Shown: piece after piece, positions 18,465 to 28,429 of the stretch
How positions within the stretch are numbered: the stretch's first letter is position 1
How the letters are laid out: each line of letters opens with the position of its first letter
Origin: Candidatus Kapaibacterium sp.
Lineage (GTDB): Bacteria; Bacteroidota; Ignavibacteria; Kapaibacteriales; UBA2268
Direction: 5' to 3'
DNA length: 64,000 bases
NCBI GenBank assembly: GCA_963664875.1
Contig: OY761611.1
Coordinates: 1,696,001-1,760,000, forward strand
Position numbers and translations under genes: made by a program
Notes under the pieces: model-generated
Databases searched by the model: none
The model's input: only the letters and a program-made list of their open reading frames with translations
What the model was told of the DNA's origin: nothing

Positions 18465-19841
18465 ATGGCTGAGAAATACGGCAAGATTTTAATAGTGGAT
18501 GATGATGAAGATGTATTGCAGGCAGCGAGGCTCTACCTGAAGCGTCACGTTAAGAGCATACATACAGAAAAAGATCCCGAAAATTTGCCGGGTTTGCTTG
18601 CCGCCTCTTCCTATGATGTTATTCTACTTGATATGAATTTTACTAAGGATATGACCGGTGGTAGTGAAGGCTTCTATTGGTTGGAAAAAATCAGAACCAT
18701 TTTTCCCGAGCAGATTGTTATTATGATTACTGCTTACGGCGATGTTGATACTGCCGTCAAAGCTATTAAATATGGTGCTACTGACTTTGTACTCAAACCT
18801 TGGCAAAACGAGAAACTTCTTGCTACTATTTCTGCAGCTCTGCAGCTCAAAATAAGCCGAGATAAAATAAATACACTTACGAATATAAACCGCGAACTAC
18901 AAAACGATTCTGCAAAACCGTTTGCTGATTTTATAGGGGAATCCGCTAAGATGCAGAAAGTTTTTGCTGACATCAAGAAAGTTGCTGCAACTGATGCCAA
19001 TATCTTAATACTTGGCGAAAACGGAACAGGTAAGGAGCTTGTTGCCCGATCTCTGCATAAGTATTCCAATAGAAGCGATAAGAGCTTTATCAGCGTTGAT
19101 ATGGGATCAATGAATGAGAATCTTTTTGAGTCAGAGCTTTTCGGACATGAAAAAGGGGCGTTTACAGATGCAAAGAGCGAAAAAATTGGTCGCTTCGAAA
19201 TAGCGGAGGGAGGCACTCTCTTTTTAGATGAAATTGGAAATATTCCTCTTCACCTTCAGTCAAAGATACTTCGCGCTTTGGAGAGCCGCAAAATCAGCAA
19301 AGTCGGCTCCTCGAAACAAATTGATATAGATATTAGATTAATCACAGCGACAAACGAAAACCTTAATGACCGGGTAGCTTCCGGCGATTTCAGGAAAGAT
19401 CTGCTTTATAGAATCAATACAGTCGAGATTACTCTGCCTCCGCTAAGAGAGCGAGGTGAGGACATAATTCTACTCGCAGAGCATTTCTTAAATAAATACT
19501 CTAAGAAATATTCCAATTCTATAAAAGGGATAAGTAAGCGAGCAAAAGATAAACTGATGGAACACGCTTGGCCGGGGAATGTTCGCGAACTACAGAATAT
19601 AATTGAAAGAGCAGTAATTCTAACAGAAAACGAATTGCTCCAGCCCGAAGATTTTGCTTTAAACGAAATAGATGATTCCGGCAATGATTTATCATTCAAC
19701 AGCTATAACTTAGACCATGTTGAGAAAACAGTACTTATAAAAGTATTGGAAAAACATGCAGGTAATATCTCCAAAGCTGCTAAAGAACTTGGACTAACCC
19801 GCACATCACTTTACAGACGATTGGAAAAACACGGATTATGA
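18465..19841 (+). CDS. Sigma-54-dependent response regulator (NtrC/AtoC family, REC-AAA+-Fis HTH)
   Basis: ILIVDDD, LLDMNF, GENGTGKE, ESELFGHEKGAFTDA, LFLDEIG, WPGNVREL, Fis HTH. Confidence 0.96.
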   Translation: MAEKYGKILIVDDDEDVLQAARLYLKRHVKSIHTEKDPENLPGLLAASSYDVILLDMNFTKDMTGGSEGFYWLEKIRTIFPEQIVIMITAYGDVDTAVKAIKYGATDFVLKPWQNEKLLATISAALQLKISRDKINTLTNINRELQNDSAKPFADFIGESAKMQKVFADIKKVAATDANILILGENGTGKELVARSLHKYSNRSDKSFISVDMGSMNENLFESELFGHEKGAFTDAKSEKIGRFEIAEGGTLFLDEIGNIPLHLQSKILRALESRKISKVGSSKQIDIDIRLITATNENLNDRVASGDFRKDLLYRINTVEITLPPLRERGEDIILLAEHFLNKYSKKYSNSIKGISKRAKDKLMEHAWPGNVRELQNIIERAVILTENELLQPEDFALNEIDDSGNDLSFNSYNLDHVEKTVLIKVLEKHAGNISKAAKELGLTRTSLYRRLEKHGL

Positions 19842-21163
19842 TTTTGAAAAGCCATAGATTCGGAATTGCGGCAAGAGCTATTATGATGGCTCTTAATGCA
19901 GTATTGCTCGGCTTTTTTATAGCATTCAGCAATATTTATGCAGTCTGGATAGTGCTTTCTCTTCTATTTATTTATCAGATTTACGATTTGATAATCTTCA
20001 CAGACAGAACTAATAAAGAAGTATTAAAGTTTCTCTCTGCCGTTAAAGAATCTGATTTTTCTGCCAGCTTCTATACGCCTGACTATGGCGGCACTATGGC
20101 AGAGCTGACCAAAGAGCTTAATAAAGTAATTGAAATATTCCGCGATAACAAAGCGGAACAGGAAAAATTTTACCGATTCCTTGAGAAGATGGTGCATCAG
20201 CTCAATTCCGGAATTGTAGTATTTGATACCTCAGGCAAACCTGTGCTTACCAATTCAAAAGCACTTCTCTTTACCGGGCTGAAACAAATATCGCAGGAAG
20301 AGGATTTGCAAAGGGCATTTCCTCGCTACGCGGAAGAGATATCGAAACTTACTCATGCAGACAAAATCTTTCTAAAAAGCGGACAAAGCAGTAAGGATAT
20401 GGTGCTTAGCTGTTCCGAGTTTGTGGTGCAGGAGGATAGATACAGGCTTTTTGCACTGCACAATATCAGTCAGGAACTTGAAGAAAAAGAGTTGGATTCC
20501 TGGCAGGATTTGGTGCGTGTTCTAACTCACGAGATTATGAATTCGATAACGCCTATCTCTTCTCTTTCAGAAACGGCTTTGGATATAGTTGATGAATTCG
20601 AGGGCGGTGATGATGAAAGCGTGCAGGATATTAAAGATGCACTCGGCACTATACGCTCCCGGAGCGAAGGGCTGATGTCTTATGTAAAATCTTTCCGCGG
20701 TTTAGTTAAGTTGCCAAAGCCAAATATAGAAGTATTTCCTGTCTCAGAGCTTTTCGCAAATGTTGTTAAGCTAATGGAACATGAATTTGAAGAAAAAGGA
20801 ATAAACTGCTATATAGAAATCATACCCGAAGATTTGAAAATAGCCGCAGATCCTGCTTTAATGGAGCAAGTAGTTTTAAACTTATTACTTAATGCTAAAG
20901 ATGCTGTACGTCAGGAAGAGTCTCCAAGGATATGGCTGCGGGCTTTCACCGATAAAAAAGCAAAAATGCTGATAGAAGTGGAAGATAACGGAGCAGGCAT
21001 ACTAAAAGACAACTTAGAGCGAATATTCATTCCATTTTTCACTACCAAAAGCACAGGCAGCGGTATCGGTCTCAGCCTCGTGCGTCAAATCATGCGCCTG
21101 CACGGCGGAAAGGTAGCAGCCGACTCCGAACCCGGCAGAACAATTTTCAGACTTTGGTTGTAA
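19838..21163 (+). CDS. Sensor histidine kinase (NtrY-like), cognate to the upstream regulator
   Basis: LTHEIMNSITPI H-box; N/G1/F/G2 boxes; 2 TM; ATGA overlap. Confidence 0.95.
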   Translation: MILKSHRFGIAARAIMMALNAVLLGFFIAFSNIYAVWIVLSLLFIYQIYDLIIFTDRTNKEVLKFLSAVKESDFSASFYTPDYGGTMAELTKELNKVIEIFRDNKAEQEKFYRFLEKMVHQLNSGIVVFDTSGKPVLTNSKALLFTGLKQISQEEDLQRAFPRYAEEISKLTHADKIFLKSGQSSKDMVLSCSEFVVQEDRYRLFALHNISQELEEKELDSWQDLVRVLTHEIMNSITPISSLSETALDIVDEFEGGDDESVQDIKDALGTIRSRSEGLMSYVKSFRGLVKLPKPNIEVFPVSELFANVVKLMEHEFEEKGINCYIEIIPEDLKIAADPALMEQVVLNLLLNAKDAVRQEESPRIWLRAFTDKKAKMLIEVEDNGAGILKDNLERIFIPFFTTKSTGSGIGLSLVRQIMRLHGGKVAADSEPGRTIFRLWL

Positions 21164-21485
21164 GTTACAGCAAGTGGTTCAAGTTGTTGCCAAATTCAGA
21201 TTCGATGATGAAAATCCACCCACTTTAATATTATTCAAAATAGAAAAATGATTATTAGCTGATTCTGAAAAGGACAAAGCTTTTTAGTTTTTTTGCTTGT
21301 GATTTTCCTGAATTTAATATATTGTTTTGATGAGTAAGTGTATTTATATATATTGCTATCAACCATATATAAATTTTGTGCAAATATATTTTCCAAATAT
21401 GCCTTTTTTATATCATAAATAAAACATGTAATATCTTACACACAATCTTGTTTGCAATTAAAAATCAACAGTTCCGGAAATTTCT

Positions 21486-22688
21486 ATGAAAACCTTTATT
21501 CTCTTTATCATATTTCTAAGCTTTTTGTTTCCTTTTACATCTCACTCTGAAACCTTACAAAGCACTCTAAAACACAAGGAACTAATTTTTATTCAAAATA
21601 CTGAGCTTGATGATTGTCTCTTCAAAGAGTTCGACGGGGATATGTATATGCTTACTGTAGATAAAGAGTATAAGCAGGACAGTACAAAAGCGATTATTAA
21701 ATTGAAAAATATTACAAGCAATACTGAAATCCCTATTGCTTCGTTTTGCTCCGACAAATTGCCTTCTATTATGCAAGGCTATAGTTTTATTTCTCAAGAT
21801 TTTGATTTAAACGATGATTATTTAGTTGTTTCAAATTATGTATTTCTTTACGTCTTCAAAAAAGAGAATTCAGTTTACAGGTTTGAAAAAATAATAAACT
21901 CATCTAATTCTTACGAAGCAGTCAAAATAAAAGGCAATCAGATATATTTACTTACTGCAAATATTCCTAATGGAAGTTATGTCGGAGATTATAAAATTCT
22001 GGATTTGGGAAATGAGACATTTACATCTTCTCAGTTAATAAAACCTGAGCTGTGGCAATTGCTATACTTCCAGCCTCGAAAGATTGTAGATTTTTTTCAG
22101 GATTCATATCTACAAAGCGAGATAGTACGTCCGGTCATTTATTTTCACAATAAATCGAGTATAGATACAGTGAATTTCTATTGCCCTGAATGGCTTACAC
22201 TGCCAGATAGCATTATTAATCAACTAAAGGAAAATTTAGAGTCTTTAGGCAATATCAATTCTAAAAATGTCATAGACATGCTCAGAACATCCCTTAGCCA
22301 AACATCTCTTATTCATAAAGTTATGAGCATTTCGGAAGATAGGGTTTTAGTGCTTTGGTCAGTTCCAGATACAAAACTCAGATATGATTTCAGATTTACC
22401 ATAATAAAAAAAGTAGGACAAAAATATGAGATTGTAGCAAATAATCTTAGCAATATGGAACTCGATATAAATAAATCACTGGCTGATTATAATGGTTTAT
22501 ATCGTTTGACCAATGAAATATTTACTTCCAATGGCAAGCTTATAGATATTTTGCCGACAGCGTTCTATCTATCAGAAACGCATCAGAATATGCCAATCAT
22601 TGATTTATATCGTGAGATGGAAGAAGCCTATCTGAAATCCGACGAAAACGGGTTTTACTTAAACATTATGGAGATTAAAAATGATTAG
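21486..22688 (+). CDS. Secreted hypothetical protein, probable beta-propeller
   Basis: Signal peptide; repeated short beta-strand blocks; AT-rich. Confidence 0.65.
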   Translation: MKTFILFIIFLSFLFPFTSHSETLQSTLKHKELIFIQNTELDDCLFKEFDGDMYMLTVDKEYKQDSTKAIIKLKNITSNTEIPIASFCSDKLPSIMQGYSFISQDFDLNDDYLVVSNYVFLYVFKKENSVYRFEKIINSSNSYEAVKIKGNQIYLLTANIPNGSYVGDYKILDLGNETFTSSQLIKPELWQLLYFQPRKIVDFFQDSYLQSEIVRPVIYFHNKSSIDTVNFYCPEWLTLPDSIINQLKENLESLGNINSKNVIDMLRTSLSQTSLIHKVMSISEDRVLVLWSVPDTKLRYDFRFTIIKKVGQKYEIVANNLSNMELDINKSLADYNGLYRLTNEIFTSNGKLIDILPTAFYLSETHQNMPIIDLYREMEEAYLKSDENGFYLNIMEIKND

Positions 22689-23091
22689 ATACCTTGTACT
22701 AATTACTGCTTTATTTGTTTACAGCATCCAAGCCTTCGAGATTAACATCAGTTGTCAAAATGTAAAGGGTAAATTTGCAAATCAGTTTAATCTTGATTAT
22801 TATATCGATGACTATGATAAGATGAACTCTACACTTACTATTAAATGTGCTGATAAAGGAGTTCAATCCATAAAGCCCGACTACGCTAAAATCATCAAAA
22901 CAGAAGACGGAGATAGTGTAGAATGGTTTGATTTATTTGACTTATCCTATGAGGCGATTAAAAATCAATCCTATACTAAAGAATATACAGACACTATTAA
23001 AACAGACAAAAACACATTTATAAGAGAAGCAGAATGGAGCGGAAATGATACAAATACCTATAAAATACATATTAAGGTCTATCATCCTTAG
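22681..23091 (+). CDS. Small secreted hypothetical protein
   Basis: Signal peptide; two Cys; overlaps the upstream stop. Confidence 0.65.
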   Translation: MIRYLVLITALFVYSIQAFEINISCQNVKGKFANQFNLDYYIDDYDKMNSTLTIKCADKGVQSIKPDYAKIIKTEDGDSVEWFDLFDLSYEAIKNQSYTKEYTDTIKTDKNTFIREAEWSGNDTNTYKIHIKVYHP

Positions 23092-23631
23092 CAGCACTCT
23101 GCTGTGCATTTGCTTTTTTGCAGGCAAAAATCTATTTGGCAATGATATAGAGAGTAATGGCAATGTTACAGATTATCAGGTTGAGACTCTATTCAAGAGC
23201 CGGTAAAATTAAGCTCGCTATTGACAGACGATTGCAACATAGTTGTTTTTTAAAGTAACTACACCTGCAAGGATTGCTATAAGTCGATAGCAAAATCAGC
23301 AGAAACACTCAAATCTTCAAATTTCAAAATAAATCTTTTAGTTTTGGTTCGTTCGCCACTTAGTAACAAAACTCGAAAAGAGATGTACAAAGAGGCAAAA
23401 ACAATTTTAGGAACAGACAAAATTTATTTCGATATCCACAGCAAAGAAGACGAATGGCCACCGAATGCTTATGAAGAGGGAATTTTTTCTTTATTTCCGA
23501 TAAAGCAAACTCCGGCATTGCTTTACATTCCTAATCACAGCTTTAAAGCAAGCTTCTTTAGTTACGATAGACTAATTGAAAAGAATTACGACTTAAGAAG
23601 TCTATTAGAACACTCCTCATCCGAAAAATGA
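23045..23631 (+). pseudogene. Disrupted secreted thioredoxin-fold (CxxC) protein
   Basis: Signal-peptide ORF from ATG 23045 ends at 23206. After a frameshift near 23193-23197 it reads EPVKLSSLLTDDCNIVVF*SNYTCKDCY... with TAA at 23251-23253, continuing into ORF 23344-23631. Confidence 0.65.
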
Positions 23632-23652
23632 AATAGTTTTGCAAATCTCTCT

Positions 23653-23696
23653 AAAAAAAACGCATCCGGCTTTTTGACAGGATGCGTTTTTTTTTA
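23653..23696. terminator. Bidirectional intrinsic terminator
   Basis: A8-CGCATCC...GGATGCG-T9. Confidence 0.85.
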
Positions 23697-23723
23697 AATT
23701 TGATTCAGATATAGTTTTTTCAA

Positions 23724-24434
23724 TTAGTTATTGAAGATTTTGGAAGGTTCTACTTTGCCCCAGCCATTGACTCTGACTTCGCCGAAATCAGGGTGTGAAG
23801 TTTTAAAAATCACAGAGCAGTTGAAATGTCCGGGTTTCTCAGGTTTGTAACTGCCAATCACTTTCAAAGACTCATGAGCTTTGATTGTTTGATTTTTGTC
23901 AAGGTTCAATTGGAAAGTAGGTGGTTGCATTTCAAAATCTTTAATTTTAATATCTTTATCAGAATTATTAACTATTTCGATGCTTGCTTTACCTTCTCTG
24001 CCGACTTCCATCTGACCAAATATGAAATACTGAGGAGAAACATCAACATCTTGTTTTAGATGTGCTTTTAATACATAGTAGTGAGGTTTCTTTTCATCAA
24101 CATCATTTGCATATATCTTAATAGTCTTAGAAACAGTCCCACTGTGACTTACTTTCAGAGTAATGTCCAATGTAGCAGTTTCTTTCGGTTTTAATGTATC
24201 TTTCGAGATAGGAGCTGTTGTGCATCCGCAGGTAGGTTTTACCTGTGAGATTATAAGAACTTCGTCACCTGCATTTCGGATAGTTACCGTTGCCTTTAAA
24301 GGTTCAGGATTGGCACCTGCTTTTACAATACCCCAATCATAAGTTCCCCCACCAACAAATTCTAATTTCGGTCCTGCAAATGCTGAAATAGCAAAAGCGA
24401 GGAACACCATACCTATTGTTGCAAACAATTTCAT
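23724..24434 (-). CDS. DUF1573 domain protein (two Ig-like domains)
   Basis: Signal peptide; VKPTCGCT motif; SD GGGAGG. Confidence 0.9.
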   Translation of the reverse strand: MKLFATIGMVFLAFAISAFAGPKLEFVGGGTYDWGIVKAGANPEPLKATVTIRNAGDEVLIISQVKPTCGCTTAPISKDTLKPKETATLDITLKVSHSGTVSKTIKIYANDVDEKKPHYYVLKAHLKQDVDVSPQYFIFGQMEVGREGKASIEIVNNSDKDIKIKDFEMQPPTFQLNLDKNQTIKAHESLKVIGSYKPEKPGHFNCSVIFKTSHPDFGEVRVNGWGKVEPSKIFNN

Positions 24435-24508
24435 ATATGCCTCCCTTGTATCATTACTGTATATTTTGTATTATTAATATTTGTAATATAATAAAAAATA
24501 GCATTGAT

Positions 24509-24545
24509 TGTAACATATATACAGATTTATTTGTATTTTGTTACG
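24509..24545. promoter_or_regulatory. Overlapping divergent ECF-type promoters
   Basis: Plus strand: TGTAAC(24509-24514)-N16-TTGTA. Minus strand: CGTAAC(24545-24540)-N16-TGTAT. Confidence 0.45.
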
Positions 24546-24598
24546 ATATTTTTTATATCATTCTAATATAGATTTACATATTGTCCGTTTTAGAAAAA

Positions 24599-26911
24599 AT
24601 GAAACAACACATAAAATCCAAACTATATATAGACAGTCTAATCCTGTTTTTGTTACTATGTTTCTCTTCAGGAAACGTATCTTCACAAACAGCAATAACT
24701 CCGTTTGTAAAACCGGAAAAGCAATATATCAATCTTGGACCGTGTGCTATCAACGACACTTTGCTTTTGAAAGTAGAAGTCAAATCAGACTATGACGGTA
24801 CATTGTTTATGACCGATATTACTCCCTCTTTTGCAATTGGTAAGCATCCTTTGGATCAAAACAGCCAACCGCAGAATTTCGAATTCATCTCACTTTTCGA
24901 TGCATTTCCTTACACTTTCGAAAAAGGAACGATAGATACATTTGACATTTCGTATAAACCACGTTTAGAAGATCAATTAGAGCTATTCCCTTATGGATGG
25001 AAATATGCTGTCTTACAAATGGGATTAACCAAAACTATTACTCAACCTTACGAATTTCAATACGCAGTTCAGTACTACCTAAAGGCAAAGAAGACTCCAC
25101 TGTTTGCAGACGGATATGATGATGTTTATAATTTCGATTCTGTCTATGTCAATCCGATTCTTCCAAAAAAATATAGCTGGCGGGTGAAAAACGTCAAGAA
25201 TTTTGATGTCAAAATCAATGCTCAAAACTCTAATCTTTTGTCTGATAAAAAAACTGACGATGAGTTCTTTATTCAGGATAGATTCGCTCAGACGAATGAA
25301 GTTGAAATTCGTCCCAAGAACATAGTTACCTGGGAAGTGGCATACTCTCCCAAAGATACAGAAGCCGATTCGATGCTCATTGAGCTATACTATCAGCGTG
25401 ACGAACAAAAAACTGACACTATTTGGGTGCGAGCTGTTGGAACAGGAGTCAAACAAGAACTTGAGTTCGTAGATATAAACAGATTAGTAAGTAATGACAC
25501 TATACTTCTCGGCGATATTTTAGTCTTCGAAAAGGCAAGAATTAGCGGAAAACTATACAACAAGGGCAATCTTCCATTTGGAAAAAAGAACTCTTATTTA
25601 AGCAAATCACAAACTCAATCACCCGATTTTAAATGGAATTATGTAGTTCCACTCCTATCAGAAGGCGAACATTTGAATCCGGATTCTCTCTCTGCTTTTT
25701 CATTTGATTTGGAATTTGAGCAGCCCGGTGATTTTGTTTTGAAATTCGAAGTGGAAAGCGATATTGCAGATAGAGGTATTTTTGGTGTGCCTGACACAGT
25801 AATATACAAAAATATTTATATAAGCGGCAGATGTGTCGCTCCGGAACTTAATGCCGTTACTGATACTATCGACATGGGCGACGTTGTTTTAAACCGTTTA
25901 GATTGTCCTTCGTCTATGGATACTCTCTATACTGTTTTCAATTCGGGTAATTACCCGCTTCAGGTCGAATTTGCTCTTGACCCTGAGTATCCAAACACAA
26001 GATTTGTGGTAGAACCAAGAAATATAGAGGTTGGAGTCAATCAGCAACAAAGTATCAATATTCACTTTGAATCCGAAATATACGGCGAGTATTTTACCGA
26101 TTTGCTTATTATTGCCAATACAAAAAATCCGAGAGATACTATACGAGTCCCTTTGAGAGCCGTAAGTATTCCTCCTGTTCAGGCAAGTCTGACGTTGCCA
26201 AATGTCAATGCTAAACCCGGCAGAGTCATATCTCTTCCGATTATTCTCACAAGTGATAAAATATCTCCTGCCTTTATAGCCGGCTCTTATAACGATATAT
26301 TATACTACAATCCGACTTTATTGAAATATCGAAGTTATTCTTTGCTTGGAACAGCTTCAGAATTTGTCCCAAATCCTAGAATATTTGAAATTAGTCCCGG
26401 AAATCTACAAATAGATATTTCTCACAACGGTGATGATAAATTTCTTCCTTTAGACACTCTTATCATTCTCAATTTTGAGACTTATCTCGGAGATGCTGTC
26501 GAGACTCCGATTAGATTCTCAAATCCAAGATTTGGTAACAATAACTGTAGCAATATTCTGGATATTCCGGAAAACAATATTAGGAACTCTACTTTTAAAT
26601 TAGATTCTATTTGTGGACTTGAATATATTATAACTCCTTCTACAAGCTCTTTATTTGCTATAAAGAAACTATCTCCTCTTCCTGCAGATAGAATACTGAC
26701 TTTAGAATTCAACGTAGCCGCTAAATCCTATGTAGAATACAAAATTGTCAATACTTACGGCGAAGTGCTTTATCATGAAGATAAAACGATAATGCCGGAA
26801 GGAGTTTACGAGCGAGATATCAATGTTTCAATGCTACCCGTAGGAATTTATAGTTTAGAGTTTAGTGCAGGTATTTACAAAGAAACAAAGGGTTTTGTAA
26901 TTATCCGATGA
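24599..26911 (+). CDS. Secreted Ig-repeat (ASH/choice-of-anchor-D-like) + cohesin-like protein with T9SS-type CTD
   Basis: Signal peptide; Ig repeats ending V.A.G.G; LYYNPTLL cohesin-like segment; CTD (P.PA...LPVGIYSL...KGFVIIR). Confidence 0.8.
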   Translation: MKQHIKSKLYIDSLILFLLLCFSSGNVSSQTAITPFVKPEKQYINLGPCAINDTLLLKVEVKSDYDGTLFMTDITPSFAIGKHPLDQNSQPQNFEFISLFDAFPYTFEKGTIDTFDISYKPRLEDQLELFPYGWKYAVLQMGLTKTITQPYEFQYAVQYYLKAKKTPLFADGYDDVYNFDSVYVNPILPKKYSWRVKNVKNFDVKINAQNSNLLSDKKTDDEFFIQDRFAQTNEVEIRPKNIVTWEVAYSPKDTEADSMLIELYYQRDEQKTDTIWVRAVGTGVKQELEFVDINRLVSNDTILLGDILVFEKARISGKLYNKGNLPFGKKNSYLSKSQTQSPDFKWNYVVPLLSEGEHLNPDSLSAFSFDLEFEQPGDFVLKFEVESDIADRGIFGVPDTVIYKNIYISGRCVAPELNAVTDTIDMGDVVLNRLDCPSSMDTLYTVFNSGNYPLQVEFALDPEYPNTRFVVEPRNIEVGVNQQQSINIHFESEIYGEYFTDLLIIANTKNPRDTIRVPLRAVSIPPVQASLTLPNVNAKPGRVISLPIILTSDKISPAFIAGSYNDILYYNPTLLKYRSYSLLGTASEFVPNPRIFEISPGNLQIDISHNGDDKFLPLDTLIILNFETYLGDAVETPIRFSNPRFGNNNCSNILDIPENNIRNSTFKLDSICGLEYIITPSTSSLFAIKKLSPLPADRILTLEFNVAAKSYVEYKIVNTYGEVLYHEDKTIMPEGVYERDINVSMLPVGIYSLEFSAGIYKETKGFVIIR

Positions 26912-27675
26912 AAATCAGTCTTTTTATATTGTGTGCATTTTTGTATTCCGGTACTTTATGTGCTCAGGGATTTAATTGGCAGTATTCAGTAAGAGAACCG
27001 GTATCCGGTCCAAACTTGTTCTTTGGTGGGACGAGTTCTTATTCCTTTTTTGATCATCAGGGTGAGTTCTTTCTGTTTGAAAACGAAACTGTTTGCTGTC
27101 CTTACAAAGGCGGCTCAGGTAATGGTTTTGAATTGGGCTTTCAGGCAGAGTACTGGTATAGTGGCGAACAGGCATTTAATCTTGCCTTAAATTATACGAA
27201 AGCAGGAGGCAAGTTTACATCTCTACAAGAATATCCAAGAGTCAATAATGTTATTCAGGTTGTCGAATTTGCTTACAATTCTGATTTAAGATACCTTAGT
27301 TTCGAAGCAGGAGCGAAAAGAAGACTATTCGATTCTCATCTTTTTACTGAACTAACTCTCGCTTTTATGTTCAAAATAAGTGATAATTCCACTCATCTTG
27401 AGCGAGTAGTCTCTCCGGCAGAACTCCCTTTTAGTGACGGAAGCACCGAAAGAGAATTCCCATACAGGGAGATTAGCGGCTTGCGTAGTTTTAATCTTGT
27501 ACCTTCTCTTAGCTTAGGCTATGATGCTAACCTTGGCAATAATCTCTATGCCGGCATATCAGCCGGTGTAAAATTCCCGCTAATGAGTCAGACCTCAGCA
27601 AACAACTGGATTCGCTGGCAGACAGGAATAAATGTTTCATTGCATTGGGGTGTCGGCAAATATGAGCTATTTTAA
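26908..27675 (+). CDS. Outer-membrane beta-barrel protein
   Basis: Signal peptide; alternating amphipathic strands; terminal Phe; ATGA-coupled to the T9SS cargo gene. Confidence 0.7.
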   Translation: MKISLFILCAFLYSGTLCAQGFNWQYSVREPVSGPNLFFGGTSSYSFFDHQGEFFLFENETVCCPYKGGSGNGFELGFQAEYWYSGEQAFNLALNYTKAGGKFTSLQEYPRVNNVIQVVEFAYNSDLRYLSFEAGAKRRLFDSHLFTELTLAFMFKISDNSTHLERVVSPAELPFSDGSTEREFPYREISGLRSFNLVPSLSLGYDANLGNNLYAGISAGVKFPLMSQTSANNWIRWQTGINVSLHWGVGKYELF

Positions 27676-28176
27676 AATATAAGGATGAAGCATAGCTTTT
27701 AGCTCTTCGGAAAGACCTTCGAGCAAACTGTAAGAAGCCATTTCAAAGTCATTGAAATCAAACCCGGGGCTAACAGTGCAGCCCATAAGACTATATGATT
27801 CTATATCATTAGCACACAACTCTGCAGCCATCCATATCCCTGCAGGAACTACAAATTGGCACACATGCTCGACATTAATTTGATTACTCAATACAATTTC
27901 TTTAAACTGCTTAGATTTTTCATCAAATAATACCAAACGCAGCGCAGCTCCTCTGTAAAAATGCCATATTTCGTCTGATTTGATCCTATGCAGATGGGAC
28001 TTATTGCTTCCTGTTAGCAAGTAGTATATAGAAGTTGCGGCACTTCGCATACCCGAAGAAGTCTCAAACTTCTCAGCAGAACGATAAATTTCTTTGAAGA
28101 AACCACCTTCAGGGTGTGGCTTAAGTTCATAATTTCTGATTATCATTTCTATATCAGTATCTTTATTTGCCTGCAT
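27667..28176 (-). CDS. Cupin_5 (DUF985) protein
   Basis: L.PHPEGG.F.E, TSIYYLL, HRIKSDEIWHFY, CTVSPGFDF.DF. Confidence 0.93.
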   Translation of the reverse strand: MQANKDTDIEMIIRNYELKPHPEGGFFKEIYRSAEKFETSSGMRSAATSIYYLLTGSNKSHLHRIKSDEIWHFYRGAALRLVLFDEKSKQFKEIVLSNQINVEHVCQFVVPAGIWMAAELCANDIESYSLMGCTVSPGFDFNDFEMASYSLLEGLSEELKAMLHPYILK

Positions 28177-28346
28177 AGTATTTACCTATTTATTGGTAGA
28201 TAAGAAAAGTATTATTTGGGATGTAACAAATTCCAATTTATATTGTCAATTATTATTGAGGGATTGTACATTATAAGATAGAGACATCAAAAATAATGAC
28301 ACGGGAATCCAAAAAAAGTTTCAAAAGTGCATATAATTATATAATT

Positions 28347-28362
28347 TGTCAAATAATTGACA
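28347..28362. promoter_or_regulatory. Palindromic operator candidate upstream of the vWA gene
   Basis: TGTCAA-ATAA-TTGACA. Confidence 0.35.
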
Positions 28363-28429
28363 GATATGGAATTAGCAAACATACAATTCGTTTATTACAC
28401 TGCAATAAAAACTATATATAGAGGCCGTT

